A stretch of 63,528 nucleotides of DNA, counting the filler, from Choristocarpus tenellus KU-1152 (Eukaryota > Protista > Phaeophyceae): assembly GCA_964200185.2 (NCBI GenBank). It is 9 parts of 9 records of this genome, joined end to end, with 100 filler letters (N's around TTAATTAATTAA, not from the genome) between each part and the next. Parts side by side here need not be neighbours in the genome. Positions count along the whole stretch, not along the records: positions 33,065 to 41,896 come from CAXNAD020004282.1; positions 41,997 to 57,538 come from CAXNAD020000978.1; 7 more parts are not named here. One strand, written 5' to 3'. Below the pieces are notes generated by a model. It searched no databases. It saw only the letters and a program-made list of their open reading frames with translations, and was not told the DNA's origin. Both the position numbers and the translations under genes were made by a program. Shown here piece by piece: positions 38,595-51,579 of the stretch (position 1 is the first letter of the stretch; each line of letters begins with the position of its first letter).

Positions 38595-40079
38595 ACTATT
38601 ACCAAATTATACCACTAAACTACCCACCATTGTTTCCTCAAACTGTGTAGCCCACGGCGTGGGACTAGACAGATTGAACCGACACGTCTCCAGGGCTGGC
38701 TCTTCCATAGTGGTGGGTTTGTCAGCCTTCTCCCCACCTAGAAGCTCATTTTTTCTACCTCCCAAGTTGCATTCTGGCTTGGTTGTGGGTTGGCATATTT
38801 CCCCGTTCACATGGTGCCCTTGATACCTTTCTGCTTCTTCCTTATTACGTCTGACATGCACTTCATAAATTAAGAATGTGCTTTCCAGCGCCCCCCCTCT
38901 TGTATGCTAGCATCTCTAACCCCCTCTGCCATATCCATGTCATCCCGCGTATTCTTCCTTAACATGGGACGTATTCTTCTTTGAAGCATTTTTTGGACGT
39001 TCTTGGAGTCACAACCCTTCTTCCTTGGATTTATGGGTTCAAATCCGGTTGAGGCCAACCTTTCTATTGAAGGAAATGGACCATTTTTCTAGGAAATTGA
39101 CCTTATTTTCAAGGAAATTGACATCCTTTTCAACGCAATCTATTTTTGATGGAACGCGTGGAAAGCACCAAAGAAAGGTACACCTGTACTCACTGTTATC
39201 ACTAAAGGACAAGAGAGAACACAGAAAACCTTAATCGTGGCAAGGCTTCACCGAAACCAATCGAATACTAAAAGGGACATACAGGACAATACAGGCGGTC
39301 CATTATCGGTTGTGCTAGCCATCCAATGCGGAATTGGATACTTAAAACTATATTTCCAAAAAAAGAAGTCTGCCACAATATTCATGCTGCGAACAACCTC
39401 CTTCAATAAACCACAGGGCCATCAATCAGAACGCTCTGGTGAGATGCTGACTCCAACACACGAGAAATAAAAAAGGCGCATACAGAGTAATGCAATTAGT
39501 GATAGGACCAGAACATCTTGTTTATAGTTGATGATGGGTTACTGTATAGTGCATAGTGCATCTGACTAACTATAGGGTCGGTGTTGTAGTTACAAATTTC
39601 AGAATGAAGCAAGAAAAAAGTGAGAATAAATAGAATAGATTAATATTGTTGTCATCTGTTAGATCAACCTGAGGAATATCCCGACATCCTGACTCATAGT
39701 CAGAGACTGCTTCTCATAGTTCAAATTCCTGAAGAGGGCTTCTACTATTTGATACTTAAAGAAGAGTCGAAATCTTATCAATCTCACATGCATAGAGTAC
39801 ATAGATATGAAGCCTACATAAAGCGACGTCAAAACCCAACTACCATACTACATTTCCTTCACAGAAACACAGTATTTCCAAAACCATCGGATCTTTTATA
39901 TTTTTTTCCAACCAAGTTGTGCATAGTAGTGACAAATCTCATATCCTCCACTGAATCATCCTAAGACTTGGAGGTGCATCGCCAGCTCCATATTCAAGAT
40001 CAAAATACATGAATATTTGTCTGTGCTAGGTCGCCCCTTCATAAAAAAACTCTAGTCACTACAAATAATACATTGCTAC

Positions 40080-40560
40080 GAGGGCTCCTTTGATCCTCGT
40101 AGTTATGACATCAACACCTTTGCGGTGGAAAGTTTTGGGCCCCTCGGCAAGCAAGCAGAATGCTTCCTGGATGAGCTGGCTACACACATGGTAGGGGGGG
40201 GAGGAACTGGAGGATATAGCAGGAAAGGAGTAGTTAAATCCTGGCTACACCAAATTGTCTCGGTAACTACGCAAGTGGCACTGTCTAGACGTGTCATACG
40301 TTTCCAGCTGGAATCACCAGGGAGATGGGCACGGAGGGGTTTATTGGATTCTTGGGATGCCTCCCTAGCTCCTCCCCACGGCGTATAGGTATATAGGTAG
40401 ATTGGAGACACAGGAAGGCAGTAGTACAGCATAGATGTGAAGTATCTTTCACACATATTACGTTATATTTCTTTAGAGCTTATACCGACAACGTGTATAG
40501 TTTCCATCGGTTTCCCCCCTGACACATCTTGAAAATGTCAGAGGGTATAAATAATAGAAA
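40080..40560 (+). mobile_element. 3' end of a CRE-like (restriction-like endonuclease) non-LTR retrotransposon
   Basis: GSFDPRSYDINTFAVESFGPLGKQAECFLDELATHMVGG...KGVVKSWLHQIVSVTTQVALSRRV carries the RLE C-terminal AVE.FG.LG motif, followed by a 3' UTR with hairpin and A-rich tail. Confidence 0.75.
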
Positions 40561-42560
40561 CACATCCAACAGAAATATTCCCCAAAAAGGATGAAAAATA
40601 CGTAAAGAGATGCCTTTTTGCCCAAGGAAAAGAGCCACTTCACAAAAACACAAAATAACTAAATTTTAAAATATGTCTTCAACTATGTTCAATTGCTCTT
40701 TCAACAAATTACCCTAGAATATGTGGTCTCCGTCAGACCCCAGGAAGACTGAATTCACTTACGGTGGAAACAAAATTTGCGAAAATCTTCACATATTTAA
40801 TAGAAATGCTTTGAATTTTAAAAATCCAGTTGCTTTAGTAGTACATCGTTGTTTGAGGCGTCTCTTTTGTGTTGCCTACTGTATCTCTCTGTCAAAGGAT
40901 CGTAAAGCAGTAACATCAGGGAAGGAAGCAAACATTGTTGAGTTGAATGAATGATCGACGACTTGCTGAATTTGGCGACCAAATTGGACATTTCGACGAA
41001 TTACTTAATGGTATTTCGATGGGTCATTGTGACGTAACACAAGGTAGGTAGTACAGTGCTTATCTATGGTGTACACTTATATCGCACCGAAATCAGATTT
41101 TTTCTTAGTGTAGAAAACCGTTCCACCGAATTAAAAAAAATCCTACATTTTTTTTTCGAGTGTGACACCACGGAACAATTTTACAGCAAGCACACTATAG
41201 AGGATAGTAGGCGTGACCCAAGTTTCTCAAACTTGGCCATGAAGACAAAAGCAGACAACTATTATTGCCTGCCATACACACACGGACGATGGACCAAACC
41301 ATTGTCAATCTTCGAAAAAGATGATTTTTTTTCTTAACCTTTTCGTGTTTTCGCATGCTACGCTTACCTGGACCCTTTTCATACCACCCCCCCCAAAAAT
41401 CAACATTTCTACAAGGCCATGCACTCCGCTCAATTCAACATCCTTTGGAACCATTTTCAACAAAAAAAGAGGAGAAAAAAATAGGAACCGTCTCTCCCCC
41501 CAGGAGTCATGTCTGACGCACGAGCACAGGGAAGAAAACAATAAAAATAAAACCCTCCCCTCATCATATCGTCACAATAAAACATAAACGTCCCAAGCAA
41601 GCAATGAAACAGAAAAATAACACACCCTGGACCTACACACACACACACAGAGACATAAAAAAAAGATGTAAAACCGTCAAAAAATTGAAAAGTACTCTCC
41701 AAATCATTCAACAACAACCCTATGATTCCAATCATTCAACAACAATGACCCATCAACCACACTCTCCCCCCCGCACAGCGCACGTGGCCAAGACCAACCT
41801 GCACCATAGGAACTCCCTCCCTCTGCACCCCCTACAAAATCCTCTCCAAAAAAAAAAGAAAAAACAAAAAAAGAAATTGGATAATACCTATAAAACNNNN
41901 NNNNNNNNNNNNNNNNNNNNNNNNNNNNNNNNNNNNNNNNTTAATTAATTAANNNNNNNNNNNNNNNNNNNNNNNNNNNNNNNNNNNNNNNNNNNNACCA
42001 ATCCCACAGACTTGGGACAGTTCGTCATTCGGAGTTGTCACATATGGAAGATCCACTTTGTATTCACGTCTTGACTTGTGGTAATGAAGCCCCATCTTCG
42101 AAGATGCTCATCACTCCTCAATTTGTACTACTTGTCCAACCTTAACCTCGTACCCTCGGTTACGGTTCGTCTTTGTTCGTCTGGTCGGTCTTGACCGGTG
42201 ATTCTCTTCGCCACCCTTGCCTGAGTGAACCACGCCGCCACAGAATCACAAGATTCATCTATGTACTCGATTATATGCTTGTAGAAATTCTTACAATACG
42301 TTACACTTGTAGTTTTATATGAAGATATGATATACTCCGGTGCATGCATGGTTGGAGTTTGATGTTTGACGTTACAGTTATGGTTTCAGTTGTGGTTTGA
42401 TTTGGCAGTGCAGTTACAGTGATGTTTTTTACTACTGCCAACAGCTATTTGAGTACAACCCTTGCATGGTTGTGCACAGTGATGAAGGGAACTCTAAACC
42501 AATCTTGTACGCAGTAATATATAGGGACACGAAATAAAGTAATGGCAGAGCAACAGCATG

Positions 42561-42849
42561 TTTTACAGGCGATATGTCTTGATGACGGTTTCATAAACAC
42601 CATTGTGACCTTGAAGTTCTAGATTTGACTATCCATTTATTATTTGGTCATTATGGTCCCCGATTGTGATAAGGCATCGTAGACCAGTTCCTTTTTGTAC
42701 GATGATATTGATGATAATCCAAGTGAGAGACCCGGCATACTTGACGACTTGTGCATCAGAAGTCCTATAAGTGCACCAGTATCATCTATAGGCCTGTAGA
42801 TTGGAGCTATGCATCTTGTGGAGGTAAGCTTCTGGAGCGTGCTGTAACA
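42561..42849 (+). mobile_element. Solo LTR (289 bp) with 4-bp TSD CATG
   Basis: catg|TTTTACAGGCGATATG...GCGTGCTGTAACA|catg; closely similar to 32554-32861 along its whole length. Confidence 0.88.
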
Positions 42850-43679
42850 CATGAGTATCAACGGTTTTGGTAAGCCAACCCCACCATGTTGGTTATTAAT
42901 AGTCCAGGAGTGATAAATCACAATGACTTCAGGGTCTCGCAGAGAACACTTACAGCAGTGGGGGGTCTGAGGTTAATGCAATGGGCCAAGGTCATACGAT
43001 ACTGCTGTGATGTGGTTACGAGATACCCACAAGAAATAACTATATGGCATGTTTCATATGTCATTATGATTAACATGGGAGTGGGGAGTGAAAGATATCC
43101 TAAAGTAGTGGTAGACAAGGCTGGTGTGGTACAAGTTATCAACCCTCCTGTTGAGTAGAAGAGGGAAATAGATATTTGCTCAATGTATTCTTGTGCATGC
43201 TTAAAGTCGGTATCATGTACACTTTGAACAAAATATGTCGATTCTGTGTTGTTCATAGGTCTTGGCCTTGATATAACTGGTCATCGTTATGGAAGAAATT
43301 TGTTGTGCTCATGCATCCTCGCAATGTAACAATGTACAACATCAGCACCGCCCTAAGCCAAGGCAACACCTCATATGCTAAGAAATCAATCAACTTCCTC
43401 CCTAGTACGTCCACCTACACTGCCAGCACAAGCTCGGTTGTAGGGTAAGCTTCCATGGCATTGATGTGGCCATTCATAATTTGGAGCAAAGCTTCTAAGT
43501 TTTTACATACTTGCTTCAACTTTACTCGCAGAGGTCTTTCAGGTCTCCAGGTTGGGCTCATGATATTTGAATAAAGCCTAAATGGGGATTACATATCCGA
43601 GATGAGGTCTTTCAACAAGGGGCAAGTCAAGTTATGAAATTGATTTTTACCTTGAGAAACATCATGAGGCTAACTTCAA

Positions 43680-44400
43680 GTCCTGTACATAGTATGGATA
43701 TAGCTGAGAAGTTCTGTCGCAAATGCCACAAAAACGTAGTGCAAGGAGTGCCAAAAAAGGTATTTCATGCTGCTCATCCTTCCCAAAACCAGTCAGGCTG
43801 AAGGTCTCTGAATGTAGTTCTTCATCCTCTCATAGGTACTGATCAAGTTCCATTAGAAGAGCTATCCTGAATCTCCTGGATGAAGTAATGGGAATGCTGG
43901 ATGAAGCAGCGGCTGAGACCCCACCTGTAGAAGCAGCGATGTGTGTAGTTTTGCGGTGCTTAAACTCGTCCATACTTTTTTTTTTCTTTGTAGGTGGCTC
44001 AAAGTATCTGGGCGAGGGTGGCGGCTGTCCATTTGGAGTCCTTTTTTCCATGACGCAATTTTTGGTTGATTTCGCTGCATGCGTCGGATGGATAATGTAA
44101 GTTCACTTCTTCTGTTCAGGGCCTGAATAGACACTCTGGTGTAGACTCCCCTTCCCCCCTCAGATACTTTGAGTCGGTGGTTTGCTCAACAGCTACAATA
44201 TCCCTGCCCTTCCTCAACCTCCCCTATCAGAGAAGCAGACTCATCAACAAGCTTTCTCAACATCTTCTCAATCTCAGCCCTTGCTTTCTCTTGTAGGTCG
44301 GGTTCCACTATAGGTGAAACATGGGAACGGCAGGTCTTGAACCTGAGGATCTATGAATAGCACCATCGGCTCTAGCAAAATGCAAGCCAGACTCGGTTAC
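43680..44400 (-). mobile_element. hAT transposase C-terminal remnant interrupted by a MITE
   Basis: Frameshifted LFIDP.RFK, then ELDQYL and PFLALLALRFCGICDRT, matching the hAT LDPRFK and dimerisation-domain (YP.LA.LA...ER.FS) motifs. Confidence 0.6.
43996..44175 (-). mobile_element. MITE family A, full copy, TSD GGT
   Basis: ggt|GGCTCAAAGTATCTGGG...CTCAGATACTTTGAGTC|ggt. Confidence 0.92.
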
Positions 44401-45579
44401 TCGTCTTCCACAACCTCCACCATCGCCTCAGCCATAACTTGAACCTCAAAATCGAGGCGGTCCAATAAGGTGCTGTCATAGCCGTATCACTGTGTGGAGA
44501 TTGCCTCAAAAATGTGTGGTCCCAAATGGGACCCGTCCCTGACAGGATCAACAATTATTTATTTTCTAAATGCTTATTTTGTGTAAAATAGCAGTAAATT
44601 AGTGACCGTATTGGTATTTTTATGGTATATGTAACATTGCACAGTACAGCTTACGGTAAGTGCACCCTGAAGAGGTACGGTTATTCTACGGTAGCCATAT
44701 AAGAACAACTGAACAGTACCATATGGTGAAAAGCATCCCTACAAACCCACGGTACGATACAGATTTTCAATGGCACAGTTGCTGTATAGGTTAACCGTGG
44801 ATGCTTTCCCGACCGTAATTGCAACTATGAAAATGTTGCAGGTTTTACATCCAATCTAGCATTTCCTTAGACAAATAAATGCCTTGTACTGAAGACTACA
44901 CGTCTATTATATCAATACCAAAGAACACTTGAATACTCCAGGAGTGCACCAATAGAATATATTTATCACCATAGTTTTAACTCTTGAGCTCCATATGAAC
45001 ACCTTGCTTGCAGTTTCAAAACGACCTACATGTACAAGGAAGCTTCAGACAAGGCTCCATGAGTGGTGTATCTAAATGCCCCACCAACCCTGTAGAGGTA
45101 TACCTATCTCCACCAGCTTCATTCTGGGTCATTACCACAGCCAATATAACATGAGGGATGAAACATTAGTAAAGGGTTCAACAGTTGAGTTGGAATGTGT
45201 ACAAATCCACAAAAAAGTTAGAAGTTGAGATAGAGGGAGGTTGCACTTGAGGTACTAGCAGCATCCAAATGGTGTGTGAGTAGGGAAGCAGGTTTAAAAG
45301 CATGGGGACCAAGGAGTGCATTTCATCGTGTGGGTCAATGAAACTATAACACTTGATATCCGGCACTGTCCCACAGGTCAGGAACTGTTTGGAGTGTCTT
45401 CATTCAGGAGCGCTGGATTTGCAAACCCAAGACCCTGCAAAACAAATACAAGCGACAACATTGTACAGGTGAACATCTTTCCCATCTTCACATCTTTGCC
45501 AGCGTTTTCCTCCCATTCCACTACAACTAGATAATGTACCCAGGCAGAGTGCATCTCTTATTGTGGTACTAGTGATAAA

Positions 45580-46075
45580 TTTGCAAAAAATGTTTTAGGG
45601 CATAATAATATATGTATATATGGTAGTCAAATAGTAAATAGATTTTGGAAAGATATCTTCCACATTTACAACTGTTACTTTTACAGGGGTTCTTATGTTA
45701 TCGGTTTGGCTTTTTCCCTAGGGCACCTGGAAAATGTCAGATGACATAATAATATAAAATAGAATGAAAAAAAATAATATAGTACCATACACCCCAAAGT
45801 GGTAGGTATACTACGTATATTTGATCATGGGCCTGTCAGATGAGGAGTTAGGGAAATATCCCAAGCTGGGTTGGAGGCATAACAGCAGTGTACAAATAAC
45901 ATTGTAATTACAAGCTTTGATGGGAGTGGTGTAGTATAGGTGGTAGTCAAATATATTTTGGGGAGATATATCTTTCACATTTACGACAACTGTTTCCTTT
46001 ACAGGGGTCCTTATGATATTGAATTGGCCTTTTCCTTGACACATCTGCAGAATGTTATAGGGCATAATGATATTT
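45580..46075 (+). mobile_element. Cluster of short CRE-like 3'-tail copies (ends near 45610, 45759 and 46070)
   Basis: Repeated AAAATGTCAGA..GCATAATAAT tail variants, plus an upstream TTTACAGGGGT.CTTATG segment shared with 16231-16542. Confidence 0.6.
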
Positions 46076-46660
46076 AGTGATGGTACAGTATTACTACAGT
46101 GAGGCAGAGGGGATTTGTTGGATTTTGAACAATGCAGCAATTTGACATCCTTATATCGATTCACGATGTTTTGTATTCATCGTTTTCTCTTTGCCTTTCG
46201 GGTATTGGATGGCGAAGGTGATAAGCATCAGGAGCAGCAACGGCGCTCTCCATGTGGACGAATGATACAGGTGCCTCACCTGTTCCAGAAATCAGGTGTT
46301 GACATGCACTATGAAATGTAGTCGAATTTTCAACAGGATGATGTTCACTTGACTGTCAATCATCAAACAAGGGGCCGGATGGGATATCGATAAAGTTGAT
46401 GCGGAGTTTGGATAGATGAGAAATCGAAATTTGGTCTATTTTGGCGGTTACACAAAGGATAGTTGCGAAGAAGTACAGCTCATTATGAGTCACCATGAAG
46501 ATCACCTGACGGATAAATGGCAAATTTTGCTTTAGCACACACCTCGACAAACTTAACTTTTTCTCTAAGTTATCATCTCCTTAGATTGTCCACAACCTCC
46601 GCCACTGCCGATACATAAACTCGAAGTTGCAATTGGGATATGTTACCATCTCTTCGAATG

Positions 46661-46866
46661 TATGTCGTGTACTAGGGGTCGTGCATAATCTACCCATAGA
46701 TGGTAGGCTAATTTGCAGCAAGTGACAAGCTAGAGTGGCGAAATCGCGAAACAAGCATATCTCAGAATACATGTCATGTACCAGGGTCGTACACAATCTA
46801 CCCCCGGACGGTAGGCTAATTCTCAGCAAATGACAAGGTAGAGTGGCGAAATCGCGAAAGAAGCAT
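46661..46866. repeat. Diverged tandem duplication, about 108-bp unit x2
   Basis: ATGTC.TGTAC.AGGG.TCGT...AATCTACCC...GGTAGGCTAATT...AGAGTGGCGAAATCGCGAAA.AAGCAT occurs twice. Confidence 0.85.
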
Positions 46867-47654
46867 TCGACAACACACTGTATTTACCTTACTGTAACTA
46901 CCAAATACGTATCAATCATCATCTCACCTTGTATATTTTTGGAATAATTTTCCAAGTTGCCTTAGTTACGTGAATCTCTAATAATGGCAGTATCTTAACC
47001 GTCCAAAGGAGTGTGATCAAGGCGCTACCATCTACGTAATTGCCCACGATCATCATTTCGATGACGCATATGTGGTCCTATCTATGCTGGCTTAGTCAAG
47101 CCAGACTTTGTTGTTGTCTAGATGGATACGATCAAAAAGGTACCCTACACTTGACGATAAGGCATCACCATTGGTAGTGGCTTGCGGGAGGCAGAAAACA
47201 CATCTAACCGATTATGGGGTAAGGCTTAGTTGGTGGGTGGAGGGATTGATGACATTCTTGATTTTCCATATTTTGAAAGGACATTCAAACGATAAATAAT
47301 GATGAGACGAATGGTGATTATCAAGGATAGATCATACATGCACGACACAGGACAAGAAGATGCTTACACAGACCTTTTTTTCCCAGGACTACTACTGTCA
47401 CACACTTGTGGATCTCTAGCACGTGAAAAATTCTCGCCAATTATCCTCTGACCACGAACTTGCTATTGTAGTCTGACACATCTCGTATCTCAAGTAGAAA
47501 TGTCTTACCGAAAAGTGTGGTAAGAAACCGTAGACGCCATCCAATGGCGCATATTTCAAATTGACCCAGTATCAGATTGTTTCTAGACAAGAAGGTCAAA
47601 GGGCCTCGCCCTCTCGACCTACAAATCAAAGTAAAGGACCGGCTAGCTGAATCT

Positions 47655-50600
47655 ATGAAGGGGTCTAGAGCAAAGGTCTCGAGAGAACTTCGTAATGAAC
47701 GGGCAAGGTGAGTAGCTGAACGGGATCACTTGAGTTCACCCGATAGCCCAGGCATTCTAATGCAGGTCGCTCGATCAACGGCGTAAGCCAATCAACATCA
47801 TAATTCATGTTGTATGCAGTTACTACCTTGTCTAGATATGTAGTTTTCCTCCCTGGACTTCAGTGCCACCAACGAAATCGAGAAACCTATACTTTGGCTA
47901 GAGCTCTACTAGTACACCGCATTTCCAATGCAAGCAGGTGGGATACGGCAAAGACGCCAACCCAAGGGCGACCTGAAAGCTGTGCAATACTAAGTGGTAG
48001 AAATATGGGTCACGGAACAACATCTGGCATTCTTCAAGCAGTTGAATCCGCCTCCAACTTGACACTAGAAGGTCAGCGATCTTGAAAGCTAGAATAGGTA
48101 GATTAGTTAGTACTCCACTCTTGATCTTTACTTATCAGCTTATAACATGCCGCAGAGATTTTGCACTTCTCTCAAATTTTCGTAAGTATGCTAAACATTT
48201 AACAGCAGTAACAGTATCACACCTACGGTTGCTTATCCCTGTCGTGACTAGCGTGCATTACTGGATCACGCAGGCAAAAAGTACTTGGTATTAGACCACT
48301 TTACCAATCTCCAGGTCGTAATCGAACCCCTTCGCGCGACAGACACTTTCCCTCCAAACTCTGGCACCCCCGCCTCATCACAACACTATCGGAGCACAAA
48401 CATACACCCAGAGGCACCCTTTGAAGCATCAGAATTGAGGTATGCAAGGGGCAAGGGTGGTACCTTCTCTTGGGGGAGATTGTGTGATGCAGAGAGTGGA
48501 GTTACCCTGGAGCTAAGTAGACCAGTTTGGAAGTGCATGATTGTCCAAGACCCTTCCTCTCAATCGTTGGCAAATGACAAGGAAACCAAGTCCTGGAATG
48601 CAGAGGAAAATGTACTAGATGATTCTGAGCAGTGCTTGGAACAATGTGTTATGGGAGAGGGAGATAGGAGGGAATGTGGTGAGAATAGATTTCCAGCTAT
48701 TGTTACACATCCAACAACTTTTGGTGATGGTATTGGTAGCAATTCAGAATATTTCACTGATGGTCAAGCTTCAAAGACAAACTTCACATGTGGGCAAGAT
48801 TCCAGCAACAGTGTTACTGAGTTTTCCTCAGACATTGTGAAATCACCTCCTACACCTCGTGCAGTGGATGGTCTCTTCTCTCCAATGTGGGTACATTTGC
48901 CCCCGAAGTCTATTTTTACCATCCATCACTCACCTAGGAGAGCACCACCACCATCTTCTCAAACAAAAGCAAAATGGGAGACTGATTCAGGGTGTTCAAG
49001 TACTAGTTTGAGAAGTGCTGGAGGGGATGTGGGGCCATCACCAAGGCCAAGGGGAGTTTCATCAGCAAAGGATTCCAGCAGTGTCCTGTCTTCAGCAATG
49101 AATAAAAGGGAGCAAAGTTCCTCTATGGGTTTGACAGAGGAATGTCCCTTCTCGTTTGCATCAGGAACTGTGACTGAGGAGATCTGGGGAAAGATGATGC
49201 AAGTGCAAGCACATAGGGATCGATATCTAAGGTAAGCTATGGACCCCAAACCTATTGTTGTAGAGTGGTTCCCCCCCCAACAACTGCGATACATTGGTAG
49301 TACATACAAACATGTCTGGTAATTATGAGGCACTCAGACCTGGAGTGCACTTGTCAATTTGCTGCTAAAGTTTTCCAAGTCCTTTTTATGTCATAGTTCT
49401 CACAACATCTTGTTCATGGGAGTTGGCTCAGTCTCAATTGTACCTTGAGCAACCATGAAATGGATTGATTCTTTTCTTCAGAACCAAATGGTGTCATCAT
49501 GACTTCAACGGCAATCTCCATAGTCAGTGTACATATCGAGGGCTCAATTATACCTTGAGCAACTATGAAATGGATTGATTCTTTTTTTCAGAACCAAATG
49601 GTGTCATCATGACTTCAATGACAATCTCCATAGTCAGTGTACATGTCGAGGGCTGAATGTACGTACTCACTATCTCACATCACAATATGGTACCATCATG
49701 CTTACAGCCAGCGCTCTCCATAATGTAGCAAATGAAGATATTGTGTAGCAAAATGGAACATATCGCATTGACAATGGCGAGGATCCAGGGGGACATAAAG
49801 TCGTCCATAAAAGGTTCTGTTATTCGCGGAATCCACATGTCCGGTGAGGAGTTGTGAGATATCTTTCTTCTTTGAAGTATTGTGATGTGTGTTGTGTATA
49901 TATGATAATAATACTTGGACTTGTGCTTAGAGGCCTATTGTTTTGCTGCCTACATTTGTGTAGGAGATGGGGCCAATGATGAGGGCCGAAAGATGTGGCA
50001 GACCTCCCCTTGATACTGCCTACAAGCAGGATGCTTCAAGAATGCAGAACAGTGCCTGGAGAGTGCTGCAGAAGAAGCAAATTTATATCTGCAACATACA
50101 GAGGTCTCTACATAATGTAGATACAGAGGAATTTTTATAGGATGTTGGACTGTCTTTTGATTAAAAAAAATAATCTTATAACACAGCTTAAAGCAATAGA
50201 AAGATAAAGGAGTACTTTGAGCACAAATGGTTTGCAGCACCTTCTCGCAAAACCTAAATCTCCCTTATCACCCGATGCTCAGAATTCGACAGGTGCTAGC
50301 TACTACAGCAAGTACGCTTGACTATGGTTGAGTGCGCTTCAATGTAACACTCCAGTGTATGAGAGACAGGAGTGTCTACAACCTACCCTATTTCCTCTCT
50401 TCCCTCTTCTTCCTCCTTTCCTTCCACAGGCAAGTGGCTGAAATGGTACAGGATGAGCAGCGACAAGATTCTCAGAGGAACAAGGAACTGAGGAGGGTAT
50501 CCAAGTTCCCCCAGAGGTGTGAGCGGTTGCGACTGCGGCAGAAGCACGAGCGCCAAGAGCGACGCACCATGATCAACAGGATCAGGAGAGACATTGAGGT

Positions 50601-51579
50601 GCGTGTAGACTCCTTACTCTCTGGCCTTGAGAGCTTTTGGTGTTTCTTACTCGAGGGCATGATGAGTGACATGCATGGTTTTGCACTAATGTTTTGTTTG
50701 GAAGGGTGTCCACTGTGTTTTCTTGAGTCCTTTGCCAGTGGGCAGTGCTGCTGCCAGTTGCTGGCTTTGTTGCGTTCGGTTTTTTCAGCATTTGGGTCAC
50801 CTCAGATCGTGCTGTTTTGCTAGAGAAATGGGACTCTAAGGGGGGGACCATTATCTCCTCCATGTGGATTCTTTTATTGGCTACCTACACTTATTGTTCA
50901 GGGTGATCTTGAGGTAGGTAGGTGTGGGTTTATGTGATAATAAGTTCAATCCAATGTCCTCAGCAATAAATACAGCGAGGTATTGTGGCCAGCGGGAGGA
51001 CTTTACTGCCATCCATTGTGTGATGCCACTACACTCCTTAACAGCATCAGTTCCCAATCTGCCTGGAGATGAGTGTTGATGGTGCCATGAATTGTTGCTG
51101 TTCAATTGCTACGATTTGATTACATTGCGATCAATTGAAACTTAAGGGAAAAATTTGGGTTGGTTGTTTGCTCTAACGTATGTGTTCTCTGCTCACCGAG
51201 CCTGCGGCACTGTGCAAGCCTTCCAATACAATGTTTCTAGCCGATTTTACTTATTCTTAAATGCCCTTTTAATTTACAACACTTAAGTATTGATATTTCA
51301 GAAAGAATATATATATATATATCTTGTCCTGCTCAATACCACCCACCTACCCTATTTCACCATGCCACTTCCTGACAATGTTAGTGTTAAGTTGAATTCA
51401 GTACAATATATCTACTATACAAAGCAGTGCAACAAAGGTGGAGTCTTAGTTTTTACCTCAATATCCAAATTGTATAATAATTTTTTCTTATGCCTTCTGC
51501 TTGAAACGACCCTTTCCTTACTCTGATTCCACAGCTCATCATGGTTCAAGAGACATCTCGACTTGGTCTCATCCGATAG
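47655..51579 (+). CDS. Uncharacterised protein with a disordered middle and a C-terminal charged helix; exons 47655-47707, 47836-48071, 48274-49231, 50430-50598, 51535-51579
   Basis: All introns are GT-AG and phase-consistent (2,1,2,0). The product ends ...HRDRYLR-QVAEMVQDEQRQDSQRNKELRR...RRTMINRIRRDIE-LIMVQETSRLGLIR*. The first two exons are less certain. Confidence 0.6.
49433..49654. repeat. Recent intronic tandem duplication, 110-bp unit x2
   Basis: CTCAATT.TACCTTGAGCAAC...CATAGTCAGTGTACAT.TCGAGGGCT is repeated with only a handful of mismatches. Confidence 0.92.

Noticed and set aside
49748-50103. Additional exons of the 47655-51579 gene
   Set aside because: Their phases cannot be reconciled without stops, whereas the direct splice from 49231 to 50430 gives a clean frame.
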